A stretch of 64,000 bases of DNA from an uncultured Candidatus Saccharibacteria bacterium (lineage in GTDB: Bacteria; Patescibacteriota; Minisyncoccia; Phycocordibacterales; SBAW01): assembly GCA_964355655.1 (NCBI GenBank), contig CAYHDT010000003.1:15867-79866 (forward strand), written 5' to 3'. The number at the start of each line of letters is the position of its first letter. The stretch's first letter is position 1. Below, piece after piece: positions 1 through 8,272 of this stretch. The notes below the pieces were generated by a model. It did no database searches and was not told the DNA's origin. It saw nothing but the letters and a program-made list of their open reading frames with translations. A program made the translations under genes and the position numbers.

Positions 1-64
1 TGGCCTTGCTTTTGGCCATGATTTTTTGGGCCGGGTCGCCGAAAATGCTTTTGAGCGAAAACAT
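1..64 (-). CDS. secA: Preprotein translocase SecA, N-terminus (runs off window)
   Basis: Reverse strand reads MFSLKSIFGDPAQKIMAKSKA, resembling SecA N-termini (xIFGD); -10-like TACTAT 7 nt upstream. Only 21 codons visible. Confidence 0.6.
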   Translation of the reverse strand, partial: MFSLKSIFGDPAQKIMAKSKA

Positions 65-91
65 CTCACGGATAGTAGCATATTTACAGAG

Positions 92-122
92 AAAAAACCG
101 CCGAACGAGTCGGCGGTTTTTT
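92..122. terminator. Bidirectional intrinsic terminator
   Basis: AAAAAACCGCCGA-ACGAG-TCGGCGGTTTTTT perfect hairpin with A/T tails. Confidence 0.85.
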
Positions 123-170
123 CTTCAAGAGGATAGCTGTTGCGGCAGGAAGTGCGGCAACAGAGGCGCC

Positions 171-212
171 TTAGCGCTTCTTCTTCTTTGCTGCTTTCTT
201 TTTCTTGGCCAT
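171..212 (-). CDS. Putative 13-aa lysine-rich micropeptide MAKKKKAAKKKKR
   Basis: ATG GCC AAG AAA AAG AAA GCA GCA AAG AAG AAG AAG CGC TAA; followed by a hairpin and terminator; below ORF-track cutoff. Confidence 0.5.
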   Translation of the reverse strand: MAKKKKAAKKKKR

Positions 213-372
213 TGTAGTGCAACTGAGAAGTCGCAAATTGGGCTAGGCATCGTTCGACCGCAATCACTTGTCCGGCCTAGGACGTGCAAGTAACGCTTGT
301 TCGATGCTCTACCTGTAAGTATCGCAACAATTCGCGTATATACAATGAAAATTGCGCGCGTACTGTGGATAA

Positions 373-415
373 CTCCGACGTGCAGAGCAGTCGGAGTCCG
401 ACCAAAGCGTCGGAC
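373..415. repeat. REP-like double hairpin downstream of murB
   Basis: CTCCGAC-10nt-GTCGGAG followed by GTCCGAC-6nt-GTCGGAC. Confidence 0.55.
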
Positions 416-420
416 TTATA

Positions 421-1419
421 TTAAAAAATGATTCTTACTTCCTCTTCTATCTCTATATCCAATTTTTCTTTTACCAATTTTTTTATTTTTTCTTTAAACT
501 CAATGACTTCGCGGGAGGAAGCGCCGAAGTCCGCGACGATAACCAGCGGCTGCCGCTCAAAGAAACGGACACCCCCTTCGCGCACACCGTTTACATGAAA
601 AATGTGATCCAAAAACCACGCCAGCGGCACTTTAAACCCGGCGGTCTCCGGCATGGCAAAAAGGGGCATCTCCGGATAGCGGACTTGGAGGCGCTTGGCC
701 TCAATTTCAGGAAGAATAAGATTTTTAAAAAACGAGCCCGCGGTCCCCTCCTTTGTTATGTCGGGAAATTTGTCTTTGCGTATTGCCAAAATCGTCTTGC
801 GGATACGCTCGAGTGTAGCCTCCTTGTTCCTCAAATCTCCGAGGTCTTTATAAGAAAGGTTAGGCCGCGGGCTGGTTGAAAGCGCAAAGGCCGCGCGCAG
901 GACAACATGCCGGCCGTTATCGTGTTTGAAAAAACTATCCCTATATCCGAACGCGCACTCGTTTTTACTCATCCGCTTTATTTCTCCGGTTTTGCGGTCA
1001 AAACTTTCAGCCCATGCCAGTGTCTCGCCAATCGCCGCGCCATAGGCGCCGACCCCTTGCACGACCGCGCCTCCAACCGTGCCGGGAATGCCCGATAAAT
1101 TTTCCACTCCCCACAGCCCGTCGGCAACAGCGCGCGCGACCAATGCGTCCCAACTCTCGCCCGCGCCGGCCACAAGAGTCTCACCCTCTTTGTCTATCCC
1201 CGTTATTTCTATTTTTATGACAAGACCGTCGAAGCCTCTATCATCTATCAAAACATTAGAACCTCCGCCCAAAATAAAAACTTTTAACGCCCTCTCTTTT
1301 GCAAAAGAGAGGGCTGCGCGCACTTCTGCATGATCTTGCACTCGTGCAAGATGGCGGGCCGGTCCGCCAAGACGGAAGGTCGTCAAACCGGCAAGCGACA
1401 CATTTTCTTCGACAGTCAT
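421..1419 (-). CDS. murB: UDP-N-acetylenolpyruvoylglucosamine reductase
   Basis: TTFRLGGPA, LGGGSNVL, GIPGTVGGA, FGYRDSFFK, AGSFFKN motifs. Confidence 0.95.
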   Translation of the reverse strand: MTVEENVSLAGLTTFRLGGPARHLARVQDHAEVRAALSFAKERALKVFILGGGSNVLIDDRGFDGLVIKIEITGIDKEGETLVAGAGESWDALVARAVADGLWGVENLSGIPGTVGGAVVQGVGAYGAAIGETLAWAESFDRKTGEIKRMSKNECAFGYRDSFFKHDNGRHVVLRAAFALSTSPRPNLSYKDLGDLRNKEATLERIRKTILAIRKDKFPDITKEGTAGSFFKNLILPEIEAKRLQVRYPEMPLFAMPETAGFKVPLAWFLDHIFHVNGVREGGVRFFERQPLVIVADFGASSREVIEFKEKIKKLVKEKLDIEIEEEVRIIF

Positions 1420-3693
1420 TTATTGCCCGCACTTCAGGGTGCCGTCCTCTATTTGCTTTTGCAATTGCAGCATTTCGGCGGCGGCTTGCGGCTGGATTTT
1501 CGCTATCATTTTAATCTGCGCGATAACTTCCGGAATTTTGCACGCCGCGAAGTACACCGAGGCGAGGCCGAGATACTGCTGCGCGTCTTTGGGCGCGGCT
1601 TCAATCCGCAGCTTCCATACGGCGATCGCGCGGTCGTAGAGCTTAAGGTTGGTATATACCTGCAGGAGTTGCGCGTTGTCGACCACCGCAGAGCCAAAAT
1701 GTTCGGTAAGCAGAGCGTCGGCCGCGGCTGTTTGGCCCGCGTAGTAGAGTCCGGCGGCATAGTATACCCGCGCCGACTCATATTGCGGCGCCGCCTCGTG
1801 GGCCGCTTTCAAAAGACTGAGTGCGCCTTGCATATCTCCGGACTGTATAAGCGTAAGACCCATCTGGATTTGTATTTGTTGTTTGAGGGGAGAGTACTCA
1901 AGCGCTTTTTTTAGGTGCGCGATTGCCTCCGGAATTTGTCCGTATTGCGCAAGAAGCGTGGCTCCAAAAAGCTCCAGCCTCGCGTCGCCGGGGCGCGCCA
2001 GGAGAAGCGCGTTCATAGCGTCGCGCGCCGTGGTAAAGGTATCGAGCTTAGTCTGCGGGTCGATGGAGGTTTGAGACCCTATAGACGAAGCGTACTGGAG
2101 AAACTGTTCCGTCGCCTCCTGCACGCCAAGCTGGCTGCCCGGCCACCTAACCACGCCGAGCACCTCTTTAAACTGGGCTAGGTTTTGCTTGGGGTCTTTA
2201 GCTACCCCGACTACCTCACCCGCGTTGTTGCGGCCGGCCTCCTGTGTCTGGATAGCGTTCACCAAGAGGCTCGCGCGCGCGAGGCCCGGAGCGTTGAGTG
2301 CCCACATACCCATAAGTCCCAGCACCAGCACCAGCGGAGCCGCTATGGCCATGCCATGGTCGCCAAGCGGCCTGGAGAGCAAAAGGGACGGCGCGTGCTT
2401 GCGGGAGAGCGAGTGGAGGTATGCCAGCAGCGCAAAGAAATAGATGCCGCTTACTAAGTTGTCGAACACGAAGATGTTGTTAAAGGCGTATCCCGCCAAG
2501 AGCCCCAGCAGTGCCGCGCGCTCCGCCACGGAAAGCTCGTTTGTCCTCACTATCGCCCAGGCCGCGAGCAGGTACAAGAGCGTGTAAAGCGCGAACGCGG
2601 GGATGCCGCCGGCAATCAGCCAGTCGAGGAATTGGTTGTGTGCGCGGTCAAACCAAGCCTCTTGGTTGTACATGCCCGGCTGATAATATTTGTTGAAGAC
2701 AAAGTTAAAGTTCTCCTGTCCCCAGCCAGCTATCGGGCGCTCTAAACCGCCCTGTATGGCCATCGGCCAGATGTATTTAAGACGGGAGGTAACGGTGGTC
2801 TCGGTCAGAGATATCGACGCAAGGCGATTGAGCCCGGGAAGTTGTTTAATGAACGCGGTGTCGCGCGCGGCATAGACCGCCCCCGCAAAAATAACGACAA
2901 ACGCCACCGCGCCCATAGAGAGCCGGCGCAGCATCTCTGACTCTTTACCGCGGGCAAACACTATAAAGTACGCGGCCGCGACCACAAGACCTACACCGAC
3001 GCCCAATATCGCGCCGCGCGTTTCGGTAAAGAAGACGCCGAACAGCTGCAGCACCAGCGCCGCGCCATAGAGTACCTGCAGAGTCGCGCGGTTGCGCGAG
3101 CTGCCGGTACGCGCCAGCATAAAGAGCGTCAAAAAGAAGTTAATAAGAAGGTATACGGCTAAGTAGGTCGCGTTGCCAAAGGTGGTGTCGGCGCGCGCGC
3201 CGCTCTGGGTCGAGATAGAAAGCCACCCTAAAAATTGGAACAGCGCCCAGCCGCCCTGCACGGCGCTCGCCGCGATTGAGGTGTTAAAAAAAGCATTCCA
3301 TAATTTGTCGGCCGTTAGCATCGCGCCCGCGACGACAAACCAGACAAACAGGTGCATCAGGCCGATGTACCCTTCCATACGCTCAAAGTTGCTCCAAAAG
3401 CTCTTGAGCGGGTCGACAGAAAGCATTGTCGCGACCGCCATCCAGCCGACAAACGCCAGAGCGGTCCACAGCAGAACCGAGCCGCGCGGGCGGTACTTCG
3501 GGTCCTTAAGCGCCAGCAATACATAGCAGAGCACGGCAAACTCGACAAGAATACGGAACGCGAAGTTTTTGCCGGTAATGTACGGAAAGAAAAGATTCGG
3601 CCAAAAACTCCCTACCGCGACAATAAAAGGAACAAACAGGGCTAAAAAGAGGGCTGAAAGCGCGCCCCAGCGCAAATAAGCGGTGTATTGCAT
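1420..3693 (-). CDS. O-antigen ligase (Wzy_C)-family membrane protein with C-terminal TPR-like repeats
   Basis: Many TM segments, TFGNATYLA, TETRGAILG, GWGQENF, DRAHNQFLD; start reassigned to MQYT behind TATTAT. Confidence 0.85.
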   Translation of the reverse strand: MQYTAYLRWGALSALFLALFVPFIVAVGSFWPNLFFPYITGKNFAFRILVEFAVLCYVLLALKDPKYRPRGSVLLWTALAFVGWMAVATMLSVDPLKSFWSNFERMEGYIGLMHLFVWFVVAGAMLTADKLWNAFFNTSIAASAVQGGWALFQFLGWLSISTQSGARADTTFGNATYLAVYLLINFFLTLFMLARTGSSRNRATLQVLYGAALVLQLFGVFFTETRGAILGVGVGLVVAAAYFIVFARGKESEMLRRLSMGAVAFVVIFAGAVYAARDTAFIKQLPGLNRLASISLTETTVTSRLKYIWPMAIQGGLERPIAGWGQENFNFVFNKYYQPGMYNQEAWFDRAHNQFLDWLIAGGIPAFALYTLLYLLAAWAIVRTNELSVAERAALLGLLAGYAFNNIFVFDNLVSGIYFFALLAYLHSLSRKHAPSLLLSRPLGDHGMAIAAPLVLVLGLMGMWALNAPGLARASLLVNAIQTQEAGRNNAGEVVGVAKDPKQNLAQFKEVLGVVRWPGSQLGVQEATEQFLQYASSIGSQTSIDPQTKLDTFTTARDAMNALLLARPGDARLELFGATLLAQYGQIPEAIAHLKKALEYSPLKQQIQIQMGLTLIQSGDMQGALSLLKAAHEAAPQYESARVYYAAGLYYAGQTAAADALLTEHFGSAVVDNAQLLQVYTNLKLYDRAIAVWKLRIEAAPKDAQQYLGLASVYFAACKIPEVIAQIKMIAKIQPQAAAEMLQLQKQIEDGTLKCGQ

Positions 3694-3729
3694 GAGCGCC
3701 ATAATACCACAGGCTACTCCATAGAAAAA

Positions 3730-3751
3730 CCCGCGCCGTTTAAGGCGCGGG
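3730..3751 (-). terminator. Intrinsic terminator
   Basis: CCCGCGCC-GTTTAA-GGCGCGGG with adjacent A run (T run on minus strand). Confidence 0.7.
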
Positions 3752-3757
3752 ATTGCT

Positions 3758-4504
3758 TCAGGACCGAGAGACAACCGCCCCGAGCGCGCAGTGGTCGCTT
3801 ATTCCGCAATGCAGACTTGCCGTTGAGACGGTATAGGAAGGGGTAGTAAAGATACCGTCTACCATCGCCGTAAGCCCCCGGATGCGGTGGCGTTCCGGGT
3901 CGATGCTTGTAGTGTAACTCGCAGGAACATTGTCCTTGAAGTGCTCGCAGAGAGTTCCGTAAATTTCTCCCCCGCGCGGCGCATTAAAGTCCCCGCATAC
4001 CAGACACTCCCCCGCCTGCTTGAGTATCTCGAGCATGGCCCGCATATCTTGCCGCTGAAATTCGTCGGCTTTGCCGTCCGGCGTCCAGGTAAAGTGCGTC
4101 GTGGCTATACGATACGCACTATTGTCTTTTCGCACTTCGCCAAAGGCGACCGCGCGATAGGTGGTTGCGCGCCGGCTTGCGAGCGTCTGTTCATCGAGCT
4201 CGACGATGTGTCCGGGATCGCCTACATAATACTGCGCCCGCTGAAAACAAATCGGCAGACGGGAGAAGATAGCGAGACCGACCGTAGAGGACGCTCCGTG
4301 GAGCTTCCCCCCGCACATGGGCACATAAAAATAATGCGCTCCGGCCGCTTGCGCAATGAGAGGAAGAGCATCTTCACGCACCTCCTGCAAGCACGCGACA
4401 TCGGCTTTATGCTTCGAGAGAAAGGGCAGAACCGTGTCGAGATTCTTATTCCAATCGATATTAAGCGTTACGACCCGGAGGCCGCCGCTTTGCGTTTGTC
4501 GCAC
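3758..4504 (-). CDS. Endonuclease/exonuclease/phosphatase family protein
   Basis: TLNI, CLQEV, THF, CGDFN, DGIF, SDH motifs; AAGGAGG before GTG. Confidence 0.9.
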   Translation of the reverse strand: MRQTQSGGLRVVTLNIDWNKNLDTVLPFLSKHKADVACLQEVREDALPLIAQAAGAHYFYVPMCGGKLHGASSTVGLAIFSRLPICFQRAQYYVGDPGHIVELDEQTLASRRATTYRAVAFGEVRKDNSAYRIATTHFTWTPDGKADEFQRQDMRAMLEILKQAGECLVCGDFNAPRGGEIYGTLCEHFKDNVPASYTTSIDPERHRIRGLTAMVDGIFTTPSYTVSTASLHCGISDHCALGAVVSRS

Positions 4505-4566
4505 GAGGCAACCTCCTTATGGTTCAAAGCATCTGCGAACCACCATACAAAGATACCGGAAGGTTG

Positions 4567-5526
4567 TCAATGGCGGCGCGGACGATGTTTTGCTATGCGC
4601 TCTTTAAATTCCGAAAGTGGAGGGATAGTGGTTCCTATTTTAGTGGTCGAAAGAGCGGCCCAGATGTTTGCCCGTTCTAAATCTCCGCGCGTCGGGGGAA
4701 ATTCGCCCAACGCCAATGATCCTATAAACGAATCGCCGGCGCCTGTAGCATCCAGCTCCCGCACCTTATGCGCATTGATTTTAATATATTCCGTGCCTAT
4801 CAAAGCAACGGAGCCTTGCGCGCCGAGTTTAACCACAATATCTTCAGCGCGAAGTGCTTTTTGGAGGCGCGCAAGCGATACTTCCGGTTTGCGGAGATTA
4901 AATAGCGGGTCAACACTCCGCGCCTCTTTAAGGTTAAGACAAAACAGGGGCGCTCCTTTGTACCATGAGTGATTGCTCTTATGGTTGTAGGAAATTTGGG
5001 AATCAATGTAGAGCGGTATGCGCCGGCGCACGCATTCCCCGACTATTTTTTTAGCCAAGGCGGGCGACAGAAGACCGTGCCGGTAGTCGGCAATGACTAC
5101 TTTACTCACGGACGGCAATTCGGCGCGCACACGCGCAAACAACGCGCGCGCGGAAACGCCCGAGAGCGGCGAGTTATCGAACTGGTGCCAGTTCAGCACC
5201 CTCTTCTCTCCTGTCCAAAAACGTTGTTTGACCGTGGTAGGCTTACCCGGAATCTGCAGGAACAACTTTTTGAGACGAGGGTGCTCGAAACGATTTGCCC
5301 GCGCGGCGAAATCATCGCCGCCGAGAGCCGAAATAAAAGAAACTCTGCCTCCGAGCGCCAGCATATTACGGACCAAGAAGCCGGCGCCTCCCCACGCGTA
5401 CACTGAAGACCGGCCGAGCGCCACCGGAGTCTTGGTGTGCGACAAAGACTGGCCAATGTAGGTACCGTGATGAAAAACATCAAGAATAAGATCGCCTATG
5501 ACCAAAATTTTTTTGGGATTGCGCAT
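4567..5526 (-). CDS. PfkB-family kinase, RfaE domain I/HldA-like heptose-7-phosphate kinase
   Basis: VIGDLILD, ADYRHG, DATGAGDSF; neighbours GmhB- and HldC-like genes. Confidence 0.8.
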   Translation of the reverse strand: MRNPKKILVIGDLILDVFHHGTYIGQSLSHTKTPVALGRSSVYAWGGAGFLVRNMLALGGRVSFISALGGDDFAARANRFEHPRLKKLFLQIPGKPTTVKQRFWTGEKRVLNWHQFDNSPLSGVSARALFARVRAELPSVSKVVIADYRHGLLSPALAKKIVGECVRRRIPLYIDSQISYNHKSNHSWYKGAPLFCLNLKEARSVDPLFNLRKPEVSLARLQKALRAEDIVVKLGAQGSVALIGTEYIKINAHKVRELDATGAGDSFIGSLALGEFPPTRGDLERANIWAALSTTKIGTTIPPLSEFKERIAKHRPRRH

Positions 5527-5652
5527 ACCGTCAGAGAAAGTATCGCTACTATACGCTATCGTATTCGGCGCGACAACGATTGCAGCATAATATTGACAAA
5601 TGTTACGTTCTATAGTTATCTGTACGCAGAACGCAGGCGAAAGGACCGGGTC

Positions 5653-6105
5653 ATGCCTCTCTCACAGCACGTTAAAGGCACTGTAACGGAAGGGCACAAA
5701 ATCGCTTCCGGACTGGCTAAGGACAATCCCTTCGGCGACAGCACTATCAAGATGCAAGCTCCTTTGTTTAAGGAGCGCGGTCTTGACCTGTCGGGCTGCT
5801 ACAAAGGGACGCTTAATGTCTCGATTGAACCGAGAACCCGCGAAGTACTCGTCAAAGAACCGCACTACCGCGGACTCAAGTGGCATCCGGACTATCCGGC
5901 AGAAGACTTCTTTGTTTTCAAATGCCTGATTCAATTTCGCGGAAGTGTATACGACGGATGGGTTTATTACCCGGATCCGAGCAAGAAGATCGGCTTCCAG
6001 CACAAGCCCGATACTTTTGAGATTATTGCTCCGCTTATCCCGGAAATAAAATACGGCGATTCGGTCACTCTCGTAGTAAACCCGGACGAAATCAAAATAA
6101 ACTGA
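5653..6105 (+). CDS. Hypothetical protein resembling the CTP-dependent riboflavin kinase fold
   Basis: GTVTEGHKIAS and YKGTLNV motifs, C-terminal EIIAP..GDSV; AAGGA upstream of ATG. Confidence 0.55.
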   Translation: MPLSQHVKGTVTEGHKIASGLAKDNPFGDSTIKMQAPLFKERGLDLSGCYKGTLNVSIEPRTREVLVKEPHYRGLKWHPDYPAEDFFVFKCLIQFRGSVYDGWVYYPDPSKKIGFQHKPDTFEIIAPLIPEIKYGDSVTLVVNPDEIKIN

Positions 6106-6114
6106 CCTCTGACT

Positions 6115-6702
6115 TCACGCGCGCGGCCATAGGCCGCGCGCTTTTCTTTTTATAAGCCGGGCTGCCGCAAGAAGATTTTTTACACTATAGTCGGGGATTA
6201 TAAACTTTGCCCCGGACTCCTTGCCGGCATTGCCGGTCTTAACGAGAATTGTTTTTACTCCTGCGCGCTTGCCTGCGAGAATATCCTTACTGCTATCGCC
6301 TACCATATAGCTGTTTTTTATATCGATATCATACTTCTTTGCTGCGGCCCGCAGCATGCCTATTTTTGGTTTGCGACAGCCGCATATCTTGCGGTATGTT
6401 TTGAGCGGGGCTTCAGGATGATGCGGGCAGTAATACACGGCGTCAATCTGCGCGCCCTGCGCGCGCAAACGTCCGACGAGGGTCTCGTGCATACGCCGCA
6501 GCTTCTTTTCAGATACCTGGCCCCACGCCACTACGGTTTGGTTTGTATTGATGATGACCGAAAAGCCTTCCTTGTTCAGTACGCGTATTGCCTGCGCCGC
6601 ATGCGGGAGCAGGCGCATGCGCCTGATGTCTCTCAGGTATCCGGTGCCGTCGACAAGTGTCGTGACCGTGCCGTCTCTATCCAAAAAAACCGCTGGTTTC
6701 AT
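6115..6702 (-). CDS. gmhB: D-glycero-D-manno-heptose 1,7-bisphosphate phosphatase (HAD IIIA)
   Basis: FLDRDGT, TNQ, CPHHP, CGCRKP, VGD motifs. Confidence 0.85.
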   Translation of the reverse strand: MKPAVFLDRDGTVTTLVDGTGYLRDIRRMRLLPHAAQAIRVLNKEGFSVIINTNQTVVAWGQVSEKKLRRMHETLVGRLRAQGAQIDAVYYCPHHPEAPLKTYRKICGCRKPKIGMLRAAAKKYDIDIKNSYMVGDSSKDILAGKRAGVKTILVKTGNAGKESGAKFIIPDYSVKNLLAAARLIKRKARGLWPRA

Positions 6703-6749
6703 AAATATCTTTTTTGCCGTATACTGCGCCCAGACACACGGAGGATACC

Positions 6750-7241
6750 ATGTCAAAGCAAAAAATTATATCGATCAATAAAGCCGTCCGCATCACGGCA
6801 TCGGCAAAAAAAACCGGAAAGAAGGTGGTAACCACGAACGGATGTTTTGATATTATCCACGTCGGACATGTGCGAAACCTGCAGGCCGCGGGGAGACTCG
6901 GAGACCTTTTTATTCTCGGCGTCAACTCCGACGTTTCGGTCAGAGAGAACAAGGGCAGTCTGCGCCCGATAGTCCCCGCCCGGGAGCGGGCAGAGGTGCT
7001 TGCGGCGCTCGAATGCGTCGACTATGTGTTTATCTTCTCCGGCAAAAGCCCTATCTCTTGGATAAGAAAAATTCGACCGTCTATCCATGTAAAGGGCAAA
7101 GGAAGCGAAGGCTCCCCCGCCTTTATAAAGGAGAGAGACGCTGTCGAACGCGGCGGTGGCAAGGTGTTCCTCGCGCCGCTTACCAAAGGCCGCTCGACGA
7201 CCGCCATTATCGAAACAATCGTCAAACGCTACAAAAAATAA
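6750..7241 (+). CDS. RfaE domain II/HldC-like heptose-1-phosphate adenylyltransferase
   Basis: TNGCFDIIHVGH, GVNSDVSV, KGSLRP, GRSTT; GGAGG RBS. Confidence 0.88.
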   Translation: MSKQKIISINKAVRITASAKKTGKKVVTTNGCFDIIHVGHVRNLQAAGRLGDLFILGVNSDVSVRENKGSLRPIVPARERAEVLAALECVDYVFIFSGKSPISWIRKIRPSIHVKGKGSEGSPAFIKERDAVERGGGKVFLAPLTKGRSTTAIIETIVKRYKK

Positions 7242-7267
7242 ATCCCGCGCCTAGGCGCGGGATTTTT
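7240..7267. terminator. Bidirectional terminator between convergent genes
   Basis: AAATCCCGCGC-CTAG-GCGCGGGATTT(TT). Confidence 0.85.
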
Positions 7268-7268
7268 C

Positions 7269-8147
7269 TTACAGAGCAGCGAGAGTTTCTCTCAGTACGG
7301 TCGACATCTTGGCAAGGTCCGCTGTACCCTCCACCTGCCGGCCGGACTTATATGAACGAAGGATTCTTTTTGGCCGCAGGTTTGCATCAAGTTCCAGGAG
7401 TGCTACTTCAGCATTGAGAGCCTTTCCTTCAGCTTCTTCGGTATGGAGGAACGACGCTTCATCGAGCAGTGTCGATCGCAAGTCAAGCTCGTACGCATGC
7501 ATAAGATCGATACCGCGGGTTTCCTCGTCGAGTACTACCAGCGCCCGCGTTTGCGTATGTTCCTCTCCGTTGACACAGACGACGATTTCCCTTTCTCCCT
7601 TCAGCGAAAGCAGTCTTGCGCTGACGATATTGAAGAAACCGCTGCGGAAGATATCTGGCAACTCGGCTTCCCTGTCGATGAGATTGGTCAGTGCCGGCAG
7701 TGTGCCGAAGGCAAGCGCATCGAGCTCCGGTTCGCCAAATGACGGAACCACGAGCCCCATAGGCGTCATGACAGCGATAGCTTCGAACGCTTCCCGCATA
7801 AGCCTCCTTGGCCGCACCCACTCTTCGGTCGAACCCGAGATACCGGTCGCCGCCTTGAGATGCCCCGGCATCACTGAATGCGTGAGATCGGACACCGACA
7901 GCGGTGTCACGGTACTATCGCTGAAGTGCAGGACCGCAATTGCTCCGCCGGCCGGCCACCGCCAGCGCGGATTTTTTGGGTCCGATAACATCTGCCGGTT
8001 CTCTTTGTCCGTTGCGATCCGCGCATCGAGCGGAATATTGACGCGAACGCGGGCGCTGTCTTGAGTAAGATCGACTTCAGTCATAAAGAGTTCAGAACCA
8101 TAAGCGCCGGCGCTCAAGAGATTCTGCACACTGAGAGTCTTAATCAT
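7269..8147 (-). CDS. Hypothetical protein (possible degenerate Nudix-like motif)
   Basis: 292-codon ORF, GGGAGG RBS before MIKTL, terminators on both sides. Confidence 0.7.
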   Translation of the reverse strand: MIKTLSVQNLLSAGAYGSELFMTEVDLTQDSARVRVNIPLDARIATDKENRQMLSDPKNPRWRWPAGGAIAVLHFSDSTVTPLSVSDLTHSVMPGHLKAATGISGSTEEWVRPRRLMREAFEAIAVMTPMGLVVPSFGEPELDALAFGTLPALTNLIDREAELPDIFRSGFFNIVSARLLSLKGEREIVVCVNGEEHTQTRALVVLDEETRGIDLMHAYELDLRSTLLDEASFLHTEEAEGKALNAEVALLELDANLRPKRILRSYKSGRQVEGTADLAKMSTVLRETLAAL

Positions 8148-8237
8148 GGAGTCCTCCCGCTGGGCAAGCGCGCGCTTGCATGAAACTGTCTGGTCTGCGA
8201 CGACTGTATATAAAAGCGGCCATCCAGTCAACCGATA

Positions 8238-8264
8238 AAAAAACCCGCGCCATGTTGGCGCGGG
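8238..8264 (-). terminator. Intrinsic terminator of radical SAM gene
   Basis: CCCGCGCC-ATGTT-GGCGCGGG with T run on minus strand. Confidence 0.8.
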
Positions 8265-8272
8265 ACATTATT

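Noticed and set aside
6-293. 95-aa plus-strand ORF
   Set aside because: Crosses a terminator and is antisense to the secA start and the lysine micro-ORF.
364-372. DnaA box as evidence for oriC
   Set aside because: Single match; no box cluster, unwinding element or dnaA in the window.
3887-4972. 361-aa plus-strand ORF and similar long antisense ORFs (e.g. 40040-41206, 49149-50012, 54912-55769)
   Set aside because: They overlap well-supported minus-strand genes; expected in GC-rich DNA.
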